Positions 1 through 9,865 of a DNA stretch of 64,000 bases are shown one piece after another. Positions within the stretch are counted from its first letter, which is position 1; every line of letters starts with the position of its first letter. Made by a program: the position numbers and the translations under genes. Origin of the DNA: Longimicrobiales bacterium. Its GTDB lineage: Bacteria; Gemmatimonadota; Gemmatimonadetes; Longimicrobiales; Gaopeijiaceae. Under the pieces are notes generated by a model. The model searched no databases. It saw nothing but the letters and a program-made list of their open reading frames with translations, and was not told the origin of the DNA. The stretch lies in the NCBI GenBank assembly GCA_965116905.1, contig OZ220732.1, positions 3,168,001 to 3,232,000 on the forward strand, written 5' to 3'.

Positions 1-3000
1 CCCTGGCGAGGCCAGCCGGGAGAAGCCGCGCGCGATCGAGGCGAGCCGATCGATCTCCCCGAGGATCGCGCCCACGTTTCTGTCCAGTATTCTGCCAAAA
101 TCGCCTCTCCTGTCTTCCCACGCGCGACGCAGGTGCTGCACCGAGAGCTTGATCGGCGTCAGCGGATTCTTCACCTCGTGGGCAACCTGCTTCGCCATTT
201 CGCCCCAGGCCAGAATCCTCTCGCTGCGAAGTTCGTCGGTGACGTCCTCGATATTGACCACGACACCGCCCCAGCGGCCCTCCTGCACGATGCGCCGGGC
301 CCGCACCCGGATTCGCTTGCCGCCCCACTTGAAATCCCCGTCCGCTTCGACCGAGCCGCTCCCCATGTGCCCATCCAGCCAGGCCGCCAGCTCGGCCGCG
401 TACGCACCCGATCTCGGAATCGCCTGGCCGGTCACCAGGGATGTGGCGAGCAGGGATTCGGCGCGCGGGTTGGCCACGGTAACACTTCCCGCGGGATCCA
501 CTGCGATCACCCCCGTGGCCGCTTCCTCCACGATGGCTTCGGTACGCCGCGTCGTCCGCAGCAGCTCCTGCCGAGCGTCGTCCAGTCTCAACACCATGCG
601 GTTGAATGCCGCGAAGACGGACCCGAACTCGTCCACGCGGTCCTCCGGCAGGTGCACGGCCAGGTTGCCGCTCCCGACCCGCTCCGACGCCACCCGAAGC
701 GTCTGGATCGGCCGCGCCAGCGCCCTGCCCACGAAAAGGGCGAGTCCCAGCGAGAGAATGGGGCCGAGCACGATGGCGAATCCGAGCAGATCGGCCACGT
801 CACGGCGGCGCAGCGCGGCGGCGCCCGCCCGCAGCGGCACCGGCGATGCCACGATGTCGCCGTCCGGCAGCCGTCTGTGAGCCACCACGTAGCGCCAGTC
901 CCCGAGGTTCTCGACCTGGGACGCCCTCAAGCGCTGCCGCGTCTCCAGCGCATCGTAGATTCCGGGGTCCACCCAGCCTTCGTAGAGCCCGAGCTGGATC
1001 AACTCGTCGACCGAGCCGCCAACCAGTTCGCCACCGCGGTATTCAAGCAGGTCCGCGCCCACCCGGCGTGCCAGCGACTCCATCGACCCACCCTCCTCCA
1101 GGTACGCCTCGGCGATCTGCGTGACCACCCGCTCGGCCAGCGCGGTGGCCGTGCGCTCGGAGGCCCCGGCCAGCGTGCGATAGGCGAGGGTCCCGAAGAG
1201 CACATTGGACAGGATGAAGAATCCGAAAAGAGTGAGGGTGACCCGCGCACGGAACGACGTGAGCAATCCACGCCAGTCGACGCGTGCGGGCAGCCGGAAC
1301 CCGAGGATCGCGACGCTGATCAGCCACAGGGCCGAGAACACGGCCAGACCGAGAGCCATCAGCAGTGTCGCTCGCGCGAGCATGACCGAGAGGTTGGGAA
1401 TGCTGATGGTATAGAAGACGGAGTACGGGCCGTCGGGGTACTGAGCCAGGCCTTCGGCCCTCCACCCCTCCTGGTTGCGGCTCCATTCGACCGGGCGCGT
1501 TCCCTCCACGTCCCCGCCCGGCGGTGTCTGGACCAGCGTCAGGAATTCCTGGTCACCTTCCTCCTCCACCGAGGCGAACAGCGGACCGAGGGGTGAAGGG
1601 GCGTCGATGGTGCGCCTGGGAGGAACGGTGCCCGTCACGAGCCGGCCGTCGGCCAGCACTACGGCGACAAGGTGGTGGACATCGATGTCGTTCGGGTCGT
1701 GGTACTCGCCCGTGCCCGCCGCCCGGAGTTGGGGGAGAAGATCGACCACCGATTCCGGGCGGTCGCCCTTTACACCCAGCCGGAGTTCCTGCACGGGGAC
1801 GTCGTCCGCCGACCAAAGCGTCAGGAACATGGCCCTCCCCCTGCCGGCAAGGTCACTGCCGACCCAGGCCTGGTACATCATCTCCACGTCGCCCGCACCG
1901 GCTTGATCCAGCGAGTCTATCTGCGCCGCAAAGCGATCCAGAAGGGGTTCGAGATTCGGCTCCGACGCGATGCCCAGTCGTCCCATCTGCTCTTCGGCGA
2001 TCATCATGCGCGCCTCCGTGCGCATCGACCAGGTGAACGGCAGGACCGCGGTCGTGGACAGCCAGAAGGAGCAGAACCAGTGGGAATACGACCGGGGACG
2101 GAATACCCCGAGGCCCCGAGCCACCGCCGCGGTGGGCACGCCCCACAGCACCGCCAGCACCGGAGCGACCGCGGGTCCGGTACGCACGCCGATCGCCACC
2201 AGGATCCCCAGCAGGCCGGCGGCGGCGAGGCCAAGCGCGACCAGGCCCGGTCCACCCCGTTCGCCGGCACCCGGACGCCAGGCGAGTGCAACCGCCGTAA
2301 CGACGGCCAGGATCATGGACACGGTGGCCTGAAAGACGATCCAGCGACCGTCCGTCGTCCCCATGAGTTCCGCGGAGGCGCTGCCCTCCATCCAGACGAG
2401 GACGAGCGGAAACGCCGCAGCCACCACCAGCGGTGCCGCCCACGCTCCAAGGCTCGGGCGCCATCGCGGCAGGATCAGGACGGCCGCCGGCATGATCGCG
2501 GCGCACAACAGAACGATGCGGCCCAGCGTGAGGGGCACGGGACCGAGCAGCCCGAAAGCGGCCGGATCCACAAGTTCCGGTCTCCTGAAGAGTCCGACCA
2601 GAGGCAGCAGAGCCGCGGCGATTCCCAACACCGCCACCGAGTACACGAGATTGGCTCTCGATATGCCGAAGGAGAGGGCGAGCCACACCAGCGCAGCGAG
2701 GGCGGCGACGATTCTCGCCCAGCGGACGTGTTCCTCGGCGCGCCGCACTTCCTGCGCGGGCTCGTCGATCGTGATGCTCAGCAGGGTCTCGTCGGGCCAT
2801 CCGAAGTCGAACACGCCCGGTCCCGCCGCCCGGTCGGAACGGGAGATCCCGATGCGCTCCCCCGTCTCTTCACGGAACCGCGAGGCGAAATCACCCAGGC
2901 CCGAGGCGAAGAACTCCGGCAGGTCGGAACGGATCAGCGCCGCCACCACCGCGGCCCCCCCGCCTTCGGGGAGCACCCTCGTAAAATACAGGTACGAGAA

Positions 3001-3582
3001 AAGGGGCGTGCCCGCGTACGCGTACCGTCCCATCTCCGCGAGCGTATCCTTCGGGAGGCGGCCCTGGTGTCGGCCCTCCCACGCCACCAGTCCGCCGTCC
3101 GCACCGATGACCGCCGCCGCCGACAACCCCGTGTCCTCCAGCAGCGTCCGCAACGAGTCCTGCAGAACCCCGCGTCCACCTTCCACCGAGGCGGTGCGGA
3201 CCAGCCTTTCTACCGCGGCATCTCCCTCCAACACCAGCGCGTCGAATTCGGCACCAAGGCGTTCCGCAACCCCTTCCCGCCGTTCTTCCCAGTATTGGTC
3301 CCAGCCTTCGGCAAAGCGGCGGTCGGCGGCATCCCCAAAAAAACCGGCGACTACGCCCGCGGCGAGCAGGACGACCGAAATGCCATGGCGCCAGCCCTCC
3401 TGCCTCTGGACGGCCGCCCAGGATACGAGGAGAGCCGCGGCCGCAAGGAGCCACGTCGTGTCGACGCGCGTCCACACGACCAGGCAGAAGAGCCCCGCCC
3501 AGAGAAGATGGCCCGCGGATTCGGACCGACGCTCGGAGGTGTCCCGGCCCGTCACTGGCTGCGGGCCCCCCACGAGTCCCAC
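1..3582 (-). CDS. Large multi-TM sensor histidine kinase (NtrY-like, HAMP/PAS/HisKA), 3' end outside window
   Basis: Absent from the ORF track because there is no stop in the window. Manual translation of ~150-210 (minus) gives the H-box AWGEMAKQVAHEVKNPLTPIKL. In-frame stop upstream at 3595-3597; candidate GTG starts at 3582, 3573 and 3555. Many hydrophobic segments. Confidence 0.85.
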   Translation of the reverse strand, partial: MGLVGGPQPVTGRDTSERRSESAGHLLWAGLFCLVVWTRVDTTWLLAAAALLVSWAAVQRQEGWRHGISVVLLAAGVVAGFFGDAADRRFAEGWDQYWEERREGVAERLGAEFDALVLEGDAAVERLVRTASVEGGRGVLQDSLRTLLEDTGLSAAAVIGADGGLVAWEGRHQGRLPKDTLAEMGRYAYAGTPLFSYLYFTRVLPEGGGAAVVAALIRSDLPEFFASGLGDFASRFREETGERIGISRSDRAAGPGVFDFGWPDETLLSITIDEPAQEVRRAEEHVRWARIVAALAALVWLALSFGISRANLVYSVAVLGIAAALLPLVGLFRRPELVDPAAFGLLGPVPLTLGRIVLLCAAIMPAAVLILPRWRPSLGAWAAPLVVAAAFPLVLVWMEGSASAELMGTTDGRWIVFQATVSMILAVVTAVALAWRPGAGERGGPGLVALGLAAAGLLGILVAIGVRTGPAVAPVLAVLWGVPTAAVARGLGVFRPRSYSHWFCSFWLSTTAVLPFTWSMRTEARMMIAEEQMGRLGIASEPNLEPLLDRFAAQIDSLDQAGAGDVEMMYQAWVGSDLAGRGRAMFLTLWSADDVPVQELRLGVKGDRPESVVDLLPQLRAAGTGEYHDPNDIDVHHLVAVVLADGRLVTGTVPPRRTIDAPSPLGPLFASVEEEGDQEFLTLVQTPPGGDVEGTRPVEWSRNQEGWRAEGLAQYPDGPYSVFYTISIPNLSVMLARATLLMALGLAVFSALWLISVAILGFRLPARVDWRGLLTSFRARVTLTLFGFFILSNVLFGTLAYRTLAGASERTATALAERVVTQIAEAYLEEGGSMESLARRVGADLLEYRGGELVGGSVDELIQLGLYEGWVDPGIYDALETRQRLRASQVENLGDWRYVVAHRRLPDGDIVASPVPLRAGAAALRRRDVADLLGFAIVLGPILSLGLALFVGRALARPIQTLRVASERVGSGNLAVHLPEDRVDEFGSVFAAFNRMVLRLDDARQELLRTTRRTEAIVEEAATGVIAVDPAGSVTVANPRAESLLATSLVTGQAIPRSGAYAAELAAWLDGHMGSGSVEADGDFKWGGKRIRVRARRIVQEGRWGGVVVNIEDVTDELRSERILAWGEMAKQVAHEVKNPLTPIKLSVQHLRRAWEDRRGDFGRILDRNVGAILGEIDRLASIARGFSRLASPG

Positions 3583-3628
3583 ACAGACATTGGCCTAGCC
3601 CCCTTCTTTTGCCGTTATTGTTAATCTA

Positions 3629-4360
3629 ATGGATCGCCACATTTCCTCGCGCCGGCCGCTCGGGTCTGCCGGCAGCCTCCTGACCGTTGCCGCGGTATCC
3701 GTCCTCGCGTCCTCTTTTCCGAGCGCGCACCTCCTGGGACAGCAGCTCGACCGGGGACGCTTTCGCCTTTTCCTGGACGGCCTGGAGATCGGAACGGAGG
3801 ACTTCACGATCCAGCGGATCGGTGCGGGCGACGCCCAGGAGACGCTAGCCCGCGCCGCTGTCAGAATGAATGACGGACGCGTCGTTACCACGATCCTCAG
3901 GACGGTCGGTCCGTCCATGGCATTCTCGGACTATCAGGCCTTCGTCAGGGGCGCCGACACGCTCGAAGTTCGAGTCCTGCACGCGGGCAATCGACTGCGG
4001 CGGGTGACGCGCGCGCCCTGGGGCGAGGAGGAACAGGAATTCAGGGCCAGTCCGGGGACGATGATCTTCGATCCCGGCATCGCCCACCACTACTTCGTCC
4101 TGGGCGGCTTCCTCGCGCGCGAGACCGGCGACATGACGCTGCACGCGTTCGAGCCACGGTCCGAGAGAGAGGACTGGGCCGCGGATCTGCAGATCGGATC
4201 GGAGACCATCACGCTGCAGGGCGAACAGGTGGCGGCGACCCGGGTGCGGATCGTGTCCGGTGACCAGGTCCGGACCGTATGGTTCGACGGGAGTGGCAGG
4301 CTCGTGCGGGTGGAGGTGCCAACGGACGGCTTCGTTGCGCAAAGGGAATACGGGGGTTGA
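3629..4360 (+). CDS. Secreted hypothetical protein, predicted beta-rich
   Basis: 243 aa ORF with signal-peptide-like N-terminus (LLTVAAVSVLASS) and normal composition; divergent from the kinase. Confidence 0.7.
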   Translation: MDRHISSRRPLGSAGSLLTVAAVSVLASSFPSAHLLGQQLDRGRFRLFLDGLEIGTEDFTIQRIGAGDAQETLARAAVRMNDGRVVTTILRTVGPSMAFSDYQAFVRGADTLEVRVLHAGNRLRRVTRAPWGEEEQEFRASPGTMIFDPGIAHHYFVLGGFLARETGDMTLHAFEPRSEREDWAADLQIGSETITLQGEQVAATRVRIVSGDQVRTVWFDGSGRLVRVEVPTDGFVAQREYGG

Positions 4361-4413
4361 ACCAAATCGGCCTCGCGGCCGTAGACCGAAACTGGAGACG
4401 CGACGACCGCGTA
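4358..4413 (+). promoter_or_regulatory. Two tandem ECF-sigma-like promoter motifs
   Basis: TGAACC-N16-CGTA (4358-4383) and CGAAAC-N17-CGTA (4387-4413), resembling the SigW-type consensus TGAAAC-N16-CGTA, upstream of the TolC gene. Confidence 0.35.
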
Positions 4414-4471
4414 ATGGGTTCGGCGCGTACTGGGCCCCATCCGGGGTCCCGAAGAGACGAGGAGGGAGATC

Positions 4472-6001
4472 GTGGTGGATAAGCGGATAATGTTCCAGGC
4501 CCGATGGCCGGTGTGGATTCTCGTTGCTTTCGTGGCGGCTACCGCCCTTGCGCCGCCGTTGCGCGCGCAGGACCGGCTCTCCGCCTCGTTGACGCTGGAG
4601 GAGGCGCTCCGCGTGGCGCTGCGCAACAACCCGGGCGTGCAGGCGGTCCGGAACGACCTGCAGGTCGCAAACTGGAACCTGAACTCGGCCTATGGGTCCT
4701 GGCTCCCCTCGGCGTCCCTGAACTCTTCGGTCTCCTGGCAGGGAGCGGGCGAACAGCGGTTCGGGAGTATCACCGCGGACCAGCTCGGCTTTCAGGATCA
4801 ACCCTCGTTCCTGTTCAGTTCGTACAACGCCGGCTTGAACTTCTCGATGGACGGGCGCAAGCTGATGGCCCCGGGCCAGGCCCGCAGGTCCCGCGATGCC
4901 ACGCAGGCGCAGATCCGGAGTACCGAAGCGGCCCTCCGCCTGGCCGTGACCAAGGCCTACCTCGAGGTGCTCCGCCAGGGTGAGGGCCTGACGCTTGCCG
5001 AACAGGAACTCGAGCGGGCCCGGATCAACCTGCGGCTGGCCCAGGGACGCCAGGAGGTGGGGTCCGGCAACGCCATCGATGTGAGGCAGGCGGAAGTGAA
5101 CGTGGGCCGGGCGGAAGTGACCCTGATTCAGTCGCGCACCGGCGTCCAGACTTCCCGGATACGGCTGCTTCAGCAGATCGGCCTGGACCTGAACGCCGAC
5201 CCGACGCTCGCGACGACGTTTTCGGTGACTCAGCCCGAATGGACGCCCGAGGATCTCTATCAGGCGGCGATGGGAAACAACCCGGATCTCCAGGCGATGC
5301 GGGCCCAGGAGGAAGCCTCCCGCTACGACGTGAGCATCGCCCGCTCCTCCTACTTCCCCAGCGTGTCCATGTCCGCCGGCTGGAGCGGCTTCACGCGGCA
5401 GGCCAGCAGCACCGCCGGCCAGGAGGCCCAGGCGATCGCCGCCGGGGCGGCCAGGGTGCAGCAGTGCCTGACGCTGAACGACCTCGTCTCACGCCTCCCG
5501 AACCCTCCGCCGCTCCAGAATTGCAGCGTCCTGGCGACTCCCGAGTCCGCGATCGAATCCATCCGGGCCGAAAACCAGGCGTTTCCATTCAATTTCACCA
5601 GCCAGCCGCCCTCCGTCGGTCTGCAGATCTCGATCCCGATATTCCAGGGGCTTGGCCGGCAGAGGGAGCTGGAGAGCGCTCGTGCCCAGTTGAACGACAA
5701 CCGGTTCCGCATCCGCGAACAGGAGTTGGCTCTGCGGGCGGATATCGAGGCGAGCGTCGCACTGGTTCGCACCGCGTACGAAAGCGCCCTGATCGAGGAG
5801 CGCAACCAGGCGCTGGCCGACGAGCAATTGCGCCTGGCACAGGAACGATACCGCCTGGGGTTCTCCAACTTCATCGATCTGGTGGAGGCGGAGACCGTGA
5901 AAGCACGAGCCGACCGCGAGCGTATCGTGGCGATATTCATCTATCATGACGCAGTCGCCGACCTCGAGGCGGTCGTCGGCATGCCTCTAAGGAATCCATA
6001 A
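4472..6001 (+). CDS. TolC family outer-membrane efflux protein
   Basis: Signal peptide, LTLEEALRVALRNNP, second repeat AMGNNPDL, C-terminal AQERYRLG; RBS GAGGAGGGAG. Confidence 0.9.
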   Translation: MVDKRIMFQARWPVWILVAFVAATALAPPLRAQDRLSASLTLEEALRVALRNNPGVQAVRNDLQVANWNLNSAYGSWLPSASLNSSVSWQGAGEQRFGSITADQLGFQDQPSFLFSSYNAGLNFSMDGRKLMAPGQARRSRDATQAQIRSTEAALRLAVTKAYLEVLRQGEGLTLAEQELERARINLRLAQGRQEVGSGNAIDVRQAEVNVGRAEVTLIQSRTGVQTSRIRLLQQIGLDLNADPTLATTFSVTQPEWTPEDLYQAAMGNNPDLQAMRAQEEASRYDVSIARSSYFPSVSMSAGWSGFTRQASSTAGQEAQAIAAGAARVQQCLTLNDLVSRLPNPPPLQNCSVLATPESAIESIRAENQAFPFNFTSQPPSVGLQISIPIFQGLGRQRELESARAQLNDNRFRIREQELALRADIEASVALVRTAYESALIEERNQALADEQLRLAQERYRLGFSNFIDLVEAETVKARADRERIVAIFIYHDAVADLEAVVGMPLRNP

Positions 6002-6009
6002 AGAACACC

Positions 6010-7278
6010 ATGAGAACCAGAACCAAGGTGATGATCGGGACGGGGATCGCGATCCTGCTCGTCTCGGCCGCCGGGCTGAGCATGAACGGCCGGCGCCAAC
6101 AGGGAATCGAAGTCCGGATCGAAACCGTCGACAGGCGCGACCTGGTCGCGACCGTTACGGCCAGCGGCAACGTCCGCGCGCGCCGGAAGGTGGACATCAG
6201 TTCGGACATTTCCGCCCGGGTGGCGGAGCTGCTGGTGGATGAGGGCGAGGACGTGGAAGAAGGACAGGTCCTGCTGCGACTCGACCCCACGCGCTACCAG
6301 GCGGCGGTCAACCGGAGCCGGGCGAACCTCAGCCAATCCCAGGCCCAGGTGGCGCAGGCACGGGCCAACTTTGTGCGTGCGCAGAGGGAGGCGGAACGCC
6401 TGGACTCGCTGCACGCCCGCGAGCCTCTCCTGGTGAGCCGCCAGGAGGTCGATAACGCGCAGACCGACCTGGAGGTCCAGCGGTCCCTGCTCGAATCTTC
6501 GGAATTCGGGGTCAACCAGGCGCGCGCCGCGCTCGAAGAGGCAAGCGACCAGCTCGCCAAGACCATTATCACCGCGCCGATGGCGGGCCGGGTTACCCGT
6601 CTCAACGTCGAAGAGGGCGAGACGGTGATCGTGGGCACCATGAACAACCCGGGAAGCCTGGTGCTGACCGTGTCGGATCTGTCGGTGATGGAGGTCGTCC
6701 TCGAAGTGGACGAAACCGATGTGCCCGAGATCACACTGGGCGACAGCGCGACCGTCGAACTGGACGCGTTCCCGGATCTGGATTTCCCGGGGGTCGTCAC
6801 CGAGATCGGCAACAGCGCCATTCGTCCACCGTCGCAGGCTGCCAGCACGGGCCAGACGCCGACCATCGACTTCGAGGTGGTCGTGACCCTCGACAGTCCG
6901 GAGGTCGAGCTCCGCCCCGATCTGTCCGCCACCGCCGAACTGATCACCGAGACACGCGTCGACCAGCTGAGCATTCCGATCATCGCGCTTACCTTACGCG
7001 AACCGGACGACGAGGACGACGACGAGGCCGAAGGCGACGACGGCGCGGTGCCCGATCCGATTGAAGGGGTCTTTGTCGTAATGGATGGCGAGGTCGTCTT
7101 CACGCCGGTCGCGGTCGGAATCGCCGGCCAGGAGTACTTCGAGGTGATTTCCGGGTTGTCGCTCGGGGACACGGTCGTCAGCGGACCGTATCAGGTCGTC
7201 CGAACCCTGGAGGACGGAGACCAGGTGCGGGCGGACGAGAGCGACGCCGACGACGACGCGCGGGACGGACAGGGCTGA
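6010..7278 (+). CDS. Periplasmic adaptor / membrane fusion protein (MacA/HlyD-like)
   Basis: VTASGNV, VDEGEDVEEGQVLLRLD lipoyl half-motif, coiled coil, ITAPMAGRVT, VDETDV. Confidence 0.9.
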   Translation: MRTRTKVMIGTGIAILLVSAAGLSMNGRRQQGIEVRIETVDRRDLVATVTASGNVRARRKVDISSDISARVAELLVDEGEDVEEGQVLLRLDPTRYQAAVNRSRANLSQSQAQVAQARANFVRAQREAERLDSLHAREPLLVSRQEVDNAQTDLEVQRSLLESSEFGVNQARAALEEASDQLAKTIITAPMAGRVTRLNVEEGETVIVGTMNNPGSLVLTVSDLSVMEVVLEVDETDVPEITLGDSATVELDAFPDLDFPGVVTEIGNSAIRPPSQAASTGQTPTIDFEVVVTLDSPEVELRPDLSATAELITETRVDQLSIPIIALTLREPDDEDDDEAEGDDGAVPDPIEGVFVVMDGEVVFTPVAVGIAGQEYFEVISGLSLGDTVVSGPYQVVRTLEDGDQVRADESDADDDARDGQG

Positions 7279-7310
7279 CCGTGGCACCTCGCATCGGCCG
7301 AGTCGTCTGA

Positions 7311-8552
7311 ATGCATTTCCTCGAAGGCGTGCGTCTGGCGTGGGAGCAGATCCGCACCCAGAAGCTCAAGAGTTTCTTCACGCTGCTGGGTGTGATCGTG
7401 GGCGTGATGTTCCTCATCCTCGTGGTGAGCATCGTGGAGGGAACGGACCGCTACATCCGCGGCACGCTCACCGAGCGGGTCATGGGCGTGAACACGGTCC
7501 GTGTGGGCAGGATGCCCAGAGAGGCGGTCGATCCCTCGCCCGAGCAGTGGAGGGCGTGGGCCCGTGCGCCGAGATTGACCTTCGACGACCTGGAGTACCT
7601 TCGCGACAGGATTACCTTGTCGGCGACCATCGGGGCACAATCGGATGCCGGCGGGGAACTCGAGTCGGACACCGGGCTGAAGGTCGAGAACGTAAACATC
7701 GTCGGTGCGTCGGCGGAGATCTTCGAAATCCGCAACTGGAATGTGGAACGCGGCCGGGCGTACACCAGGCAGGAGGCCGATCAGGGAGCGCCCGTAGTCG
7801 TTCTGGGCAAGTCCACGGCCGAGGTCCTCTTCGAGGGTCTCGATCCGATCGGCAGGACGGTGCGGCTTCGCGGTTTCCCGTTCCGGGTCGTGGGCGTCCT
7901 GGAGGAACAGGGCTCGTTCCTGATCGTTTCCCTGGACAATCTGGCCATCGCACCCGCGCGCTCGCCGGTCCAGAGGTTCGTCAATCCGCAAGGCATCGTG
8001 GACGAGATCATCATCAAGGCCGAGGCCCCCGAACTGGTCCTGCCCATCCATCAGGAGACCGTCGAGGCCATGCGCCTGAGACGCCGGCTCAGACCCGCGG
8101 ACCTGGACAATTTCGCCGCCGAGACGACCGAGTCGTCCCTGGCCTTCTGGGACAATATCAGCCAGGTCCTGTTCCTGGCCCTGCCCGGGCTGGTCGGCAT
8201 CTCGCTTGTCGTGGGCGGGATCGTGATCATGAACATCATGCTGGTATCGGTCATGGAGAGAACGCGGGAAATCGGCATCCGCAAGGCCATTGGCGCCCGT
8301 CGCGGCGACGTGCTGGTTCAGGTCCTGATTGAAAGCGCCACCCTCTCTGCCGTCGGTGCCGCGATCGGGGTCGGTATCGGAATCGCTCTGACCGTCCTGC
8401 TGGGCGCGATGACGCCCCTACCGGCCGCCGTGGCCCCCAAGTGGATGGCCCTCGGCGTCGCCCTCGGCGTCGGCGTGGGTGTGGCTTCGGGCGTCTATCC
8501 GGCCTCTCGCGCGGCCAGGCTCGACCCCGTCGACGCGCTGAGGTACGAATGA
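7311..8552 (+). CDS. ABC transporter permease, MacB/FtsX family
   Basis: KSFFTLLGVIVGV; VGGIVIMNIMLVSVMERTREIGIRKAIGA; C-terminal LDPVDALRYE. Confidence 0.92.
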   Translation: MHFLEGVRLAWEQIRTQKLKSFFTLLGVIVGVMFLILVVSIVEGTDRYIRGTLTERVMGVNTVRVGRMPREAVDPSPEQWRAWARAPRLTFDDLEYLRDRITLSATIGAQSDAGGELESDTGLKVENVNIVGASAEIFEIRNWNVERGRAYTRQEADQGAPVVVLGKSTAEVLFEGLDPIGRTVRLRGFPFRVVGVLEEQGSFLIVSLDNLAIAPARSPVQRFVNPQGIVDEIIIKAEAPELVLPIHQETVEAMRLRRRLRPADLDNFAAETTESSLAFWDNISQVLFLALPGLVGISLVVGGIVIMNIMLVSVMERTREIGIRKAIGARRGDVLVQVLIESATLSAVGAAIGVGIGIALTVLLGAMTPLPAAVAPKWMALGVALGVGVGVASGVYPASRAARLDPVDALRYE

Positions 8553-9865
8553 CGCGGCAGGGTGGGGGCGGAGCGGGTACGCCAAGGGGAAAGCCGGCAG
8601 CGCCCGGTCACGTCCTGAGCGAGAGCGTTCGCGTAGCCTTCGACGCCCTGCGGGCCAACTGGATGCGTACGCTGCTGGCGGTGTTGGGCGTGGGGATCGG
8701 AGTCGGGGTCGTCGTCACGGTGGCTGCGATGGTGAGTGGGATCCGCAGCGAAGTCATGGAGGTTTTCGAGGCGTCCGAGCCGGGGAGTTTCACGATCATG
8801 CCCTTCGACTTCACCGACGTCCGGATTTCCGCCGACGGCTCCGGCAGACCGCCGTGGTGGGACCGGCCCGAGATCAGCAACCGTGAGATACGGAGGGTCC
8901 AGACCCTGCCCGGTGTCGCGGAAGCGACCGCCAGGTATGAATTCAGCGCCACGATGCGGTATGAGTCGGACTGGATCAGGGGCATCCAGTGGGTCGGCAA
9001 TTCGAGCGGATGGGCGACGTTCACCGGAGGGGATTTCATCGCGGGCCGGGACTTCACGCCGGCCGAGGTCGCACAGGCAAGAGGCGTAGTCGTGGTGTCG
9101 GAAGATCTGGCGGAGACGGTCTTCGGCGAGCTGGATCCGATCGGGAAGCGAGTGCGCGTAAACGCGGGCCGCAGGGCCGCGAACGAGCAATTCACCGTCG
9201 TCGGCGTTTTCAGGCCCATCGATAACCTCTTCGGGGACGTCTCGGATCACTTCGCGGTCGTGCCCTTCACTGCGGCGGACAAGCGGCTCAAGGCCCGTAC
9301 GCGGTGGAACTTCATGATGGTCCAGGTCGCCCCCAGGGGCGGCGTCGAATCGAGCGACGTCGAAGATCAGGTCGTGTCGGCGCTCCGCTCGATGCGTAGC
9401 CTCGGACCCGCCGACGAGAACAACTTCGCCATCATCCGCAGCGAACAGATCATCGACCTGTTCAACCAGTTCACGGCCATGTTCTTTATTGTGATGGTGG
9501 CGCTTTCCTCGATCGGCATGCTGGTGGGAGGGATCGGTGTGGTCGGGATCATGCTCATTTCGGTCACGGAGCGCACGCGGGAGATCGGCATCCGCAAGGC
9601 GATCGGGGCGACCGGCCGCGAGATCAAGTCGCAATTCCTGATCGAAGCGTCGCTGCTCACCGCTGCCGGCGGAGCGGCCGGGCTCCTGGTCGGATGGGGA
9701 GCCTCCGAACTGCTCGCCGCGCTGACACCGCTACCGGCGCGGATCCCGATCTGGTCGGTGTTCGCCGCGCTTTCCGTAGCTGCCCTCACCGGTATTCTCT
9801 TCGGACTGCTTCCGGCTTTGCGAGCCTCCAGGCTCGACCCCGTCGACGCCCTCAGGTACGAGTGA
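8549..9865 (+). CDS. ABC transporter permease, MacB/FtsX family (second paralog)
   Basis: ATG overlaps the previous stop (ATGA); VGGIGVVGIMLISVTERTREIGIRKAIGA; LDPVDALRYE. Confidence 0.92.
   Translation: MTRQGGGGAGTPRGKPAAPGHVLSESVRVAFDALRANWMRTLLAVLGVGIGVGVVVTVAAMVSGIRSEVMEVFEASEPGSFTIMPFDFTDVRISADGSGRPPWWDRPEISNREIRRVQTLPGVAEATARYEFSATMRYESDWIRGIQWVGNSSGWATFTGGDFIAGRDFTPAEVAQARGVVVVSEDLAETVFGELDPIGKRVRVNAGRRAANEQFTVVGVFRPIDNLFGDVSDHFAVVPFTAADKRLKARTRWNFMMVQVAPRGGVESSDVEDQVVSALRSMRSLGPADENNFAIIRSEQIIDLFNQFTAMFFIVMVALSSIGMLVGGIGVVGIMLISVTERTREIGIRKAIGATGREIKSQFLIEASLLTAAGGAAGLLVGWGASELLAALTPLPARIPIWSVFAALSVAALTGILFGLLPALRASRLDPVDALRYE

Noticed and set aside
133..3624. Long plus-strand ORFs (487 and 650 aa) and similar long ORFs opposite nuo, dnaB, mdh and others
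   Set aside because: Antisense or shifted-frame shadows of real genes in high-GC DNA; Arg/Pro/His-rich with no recognisable motifs.
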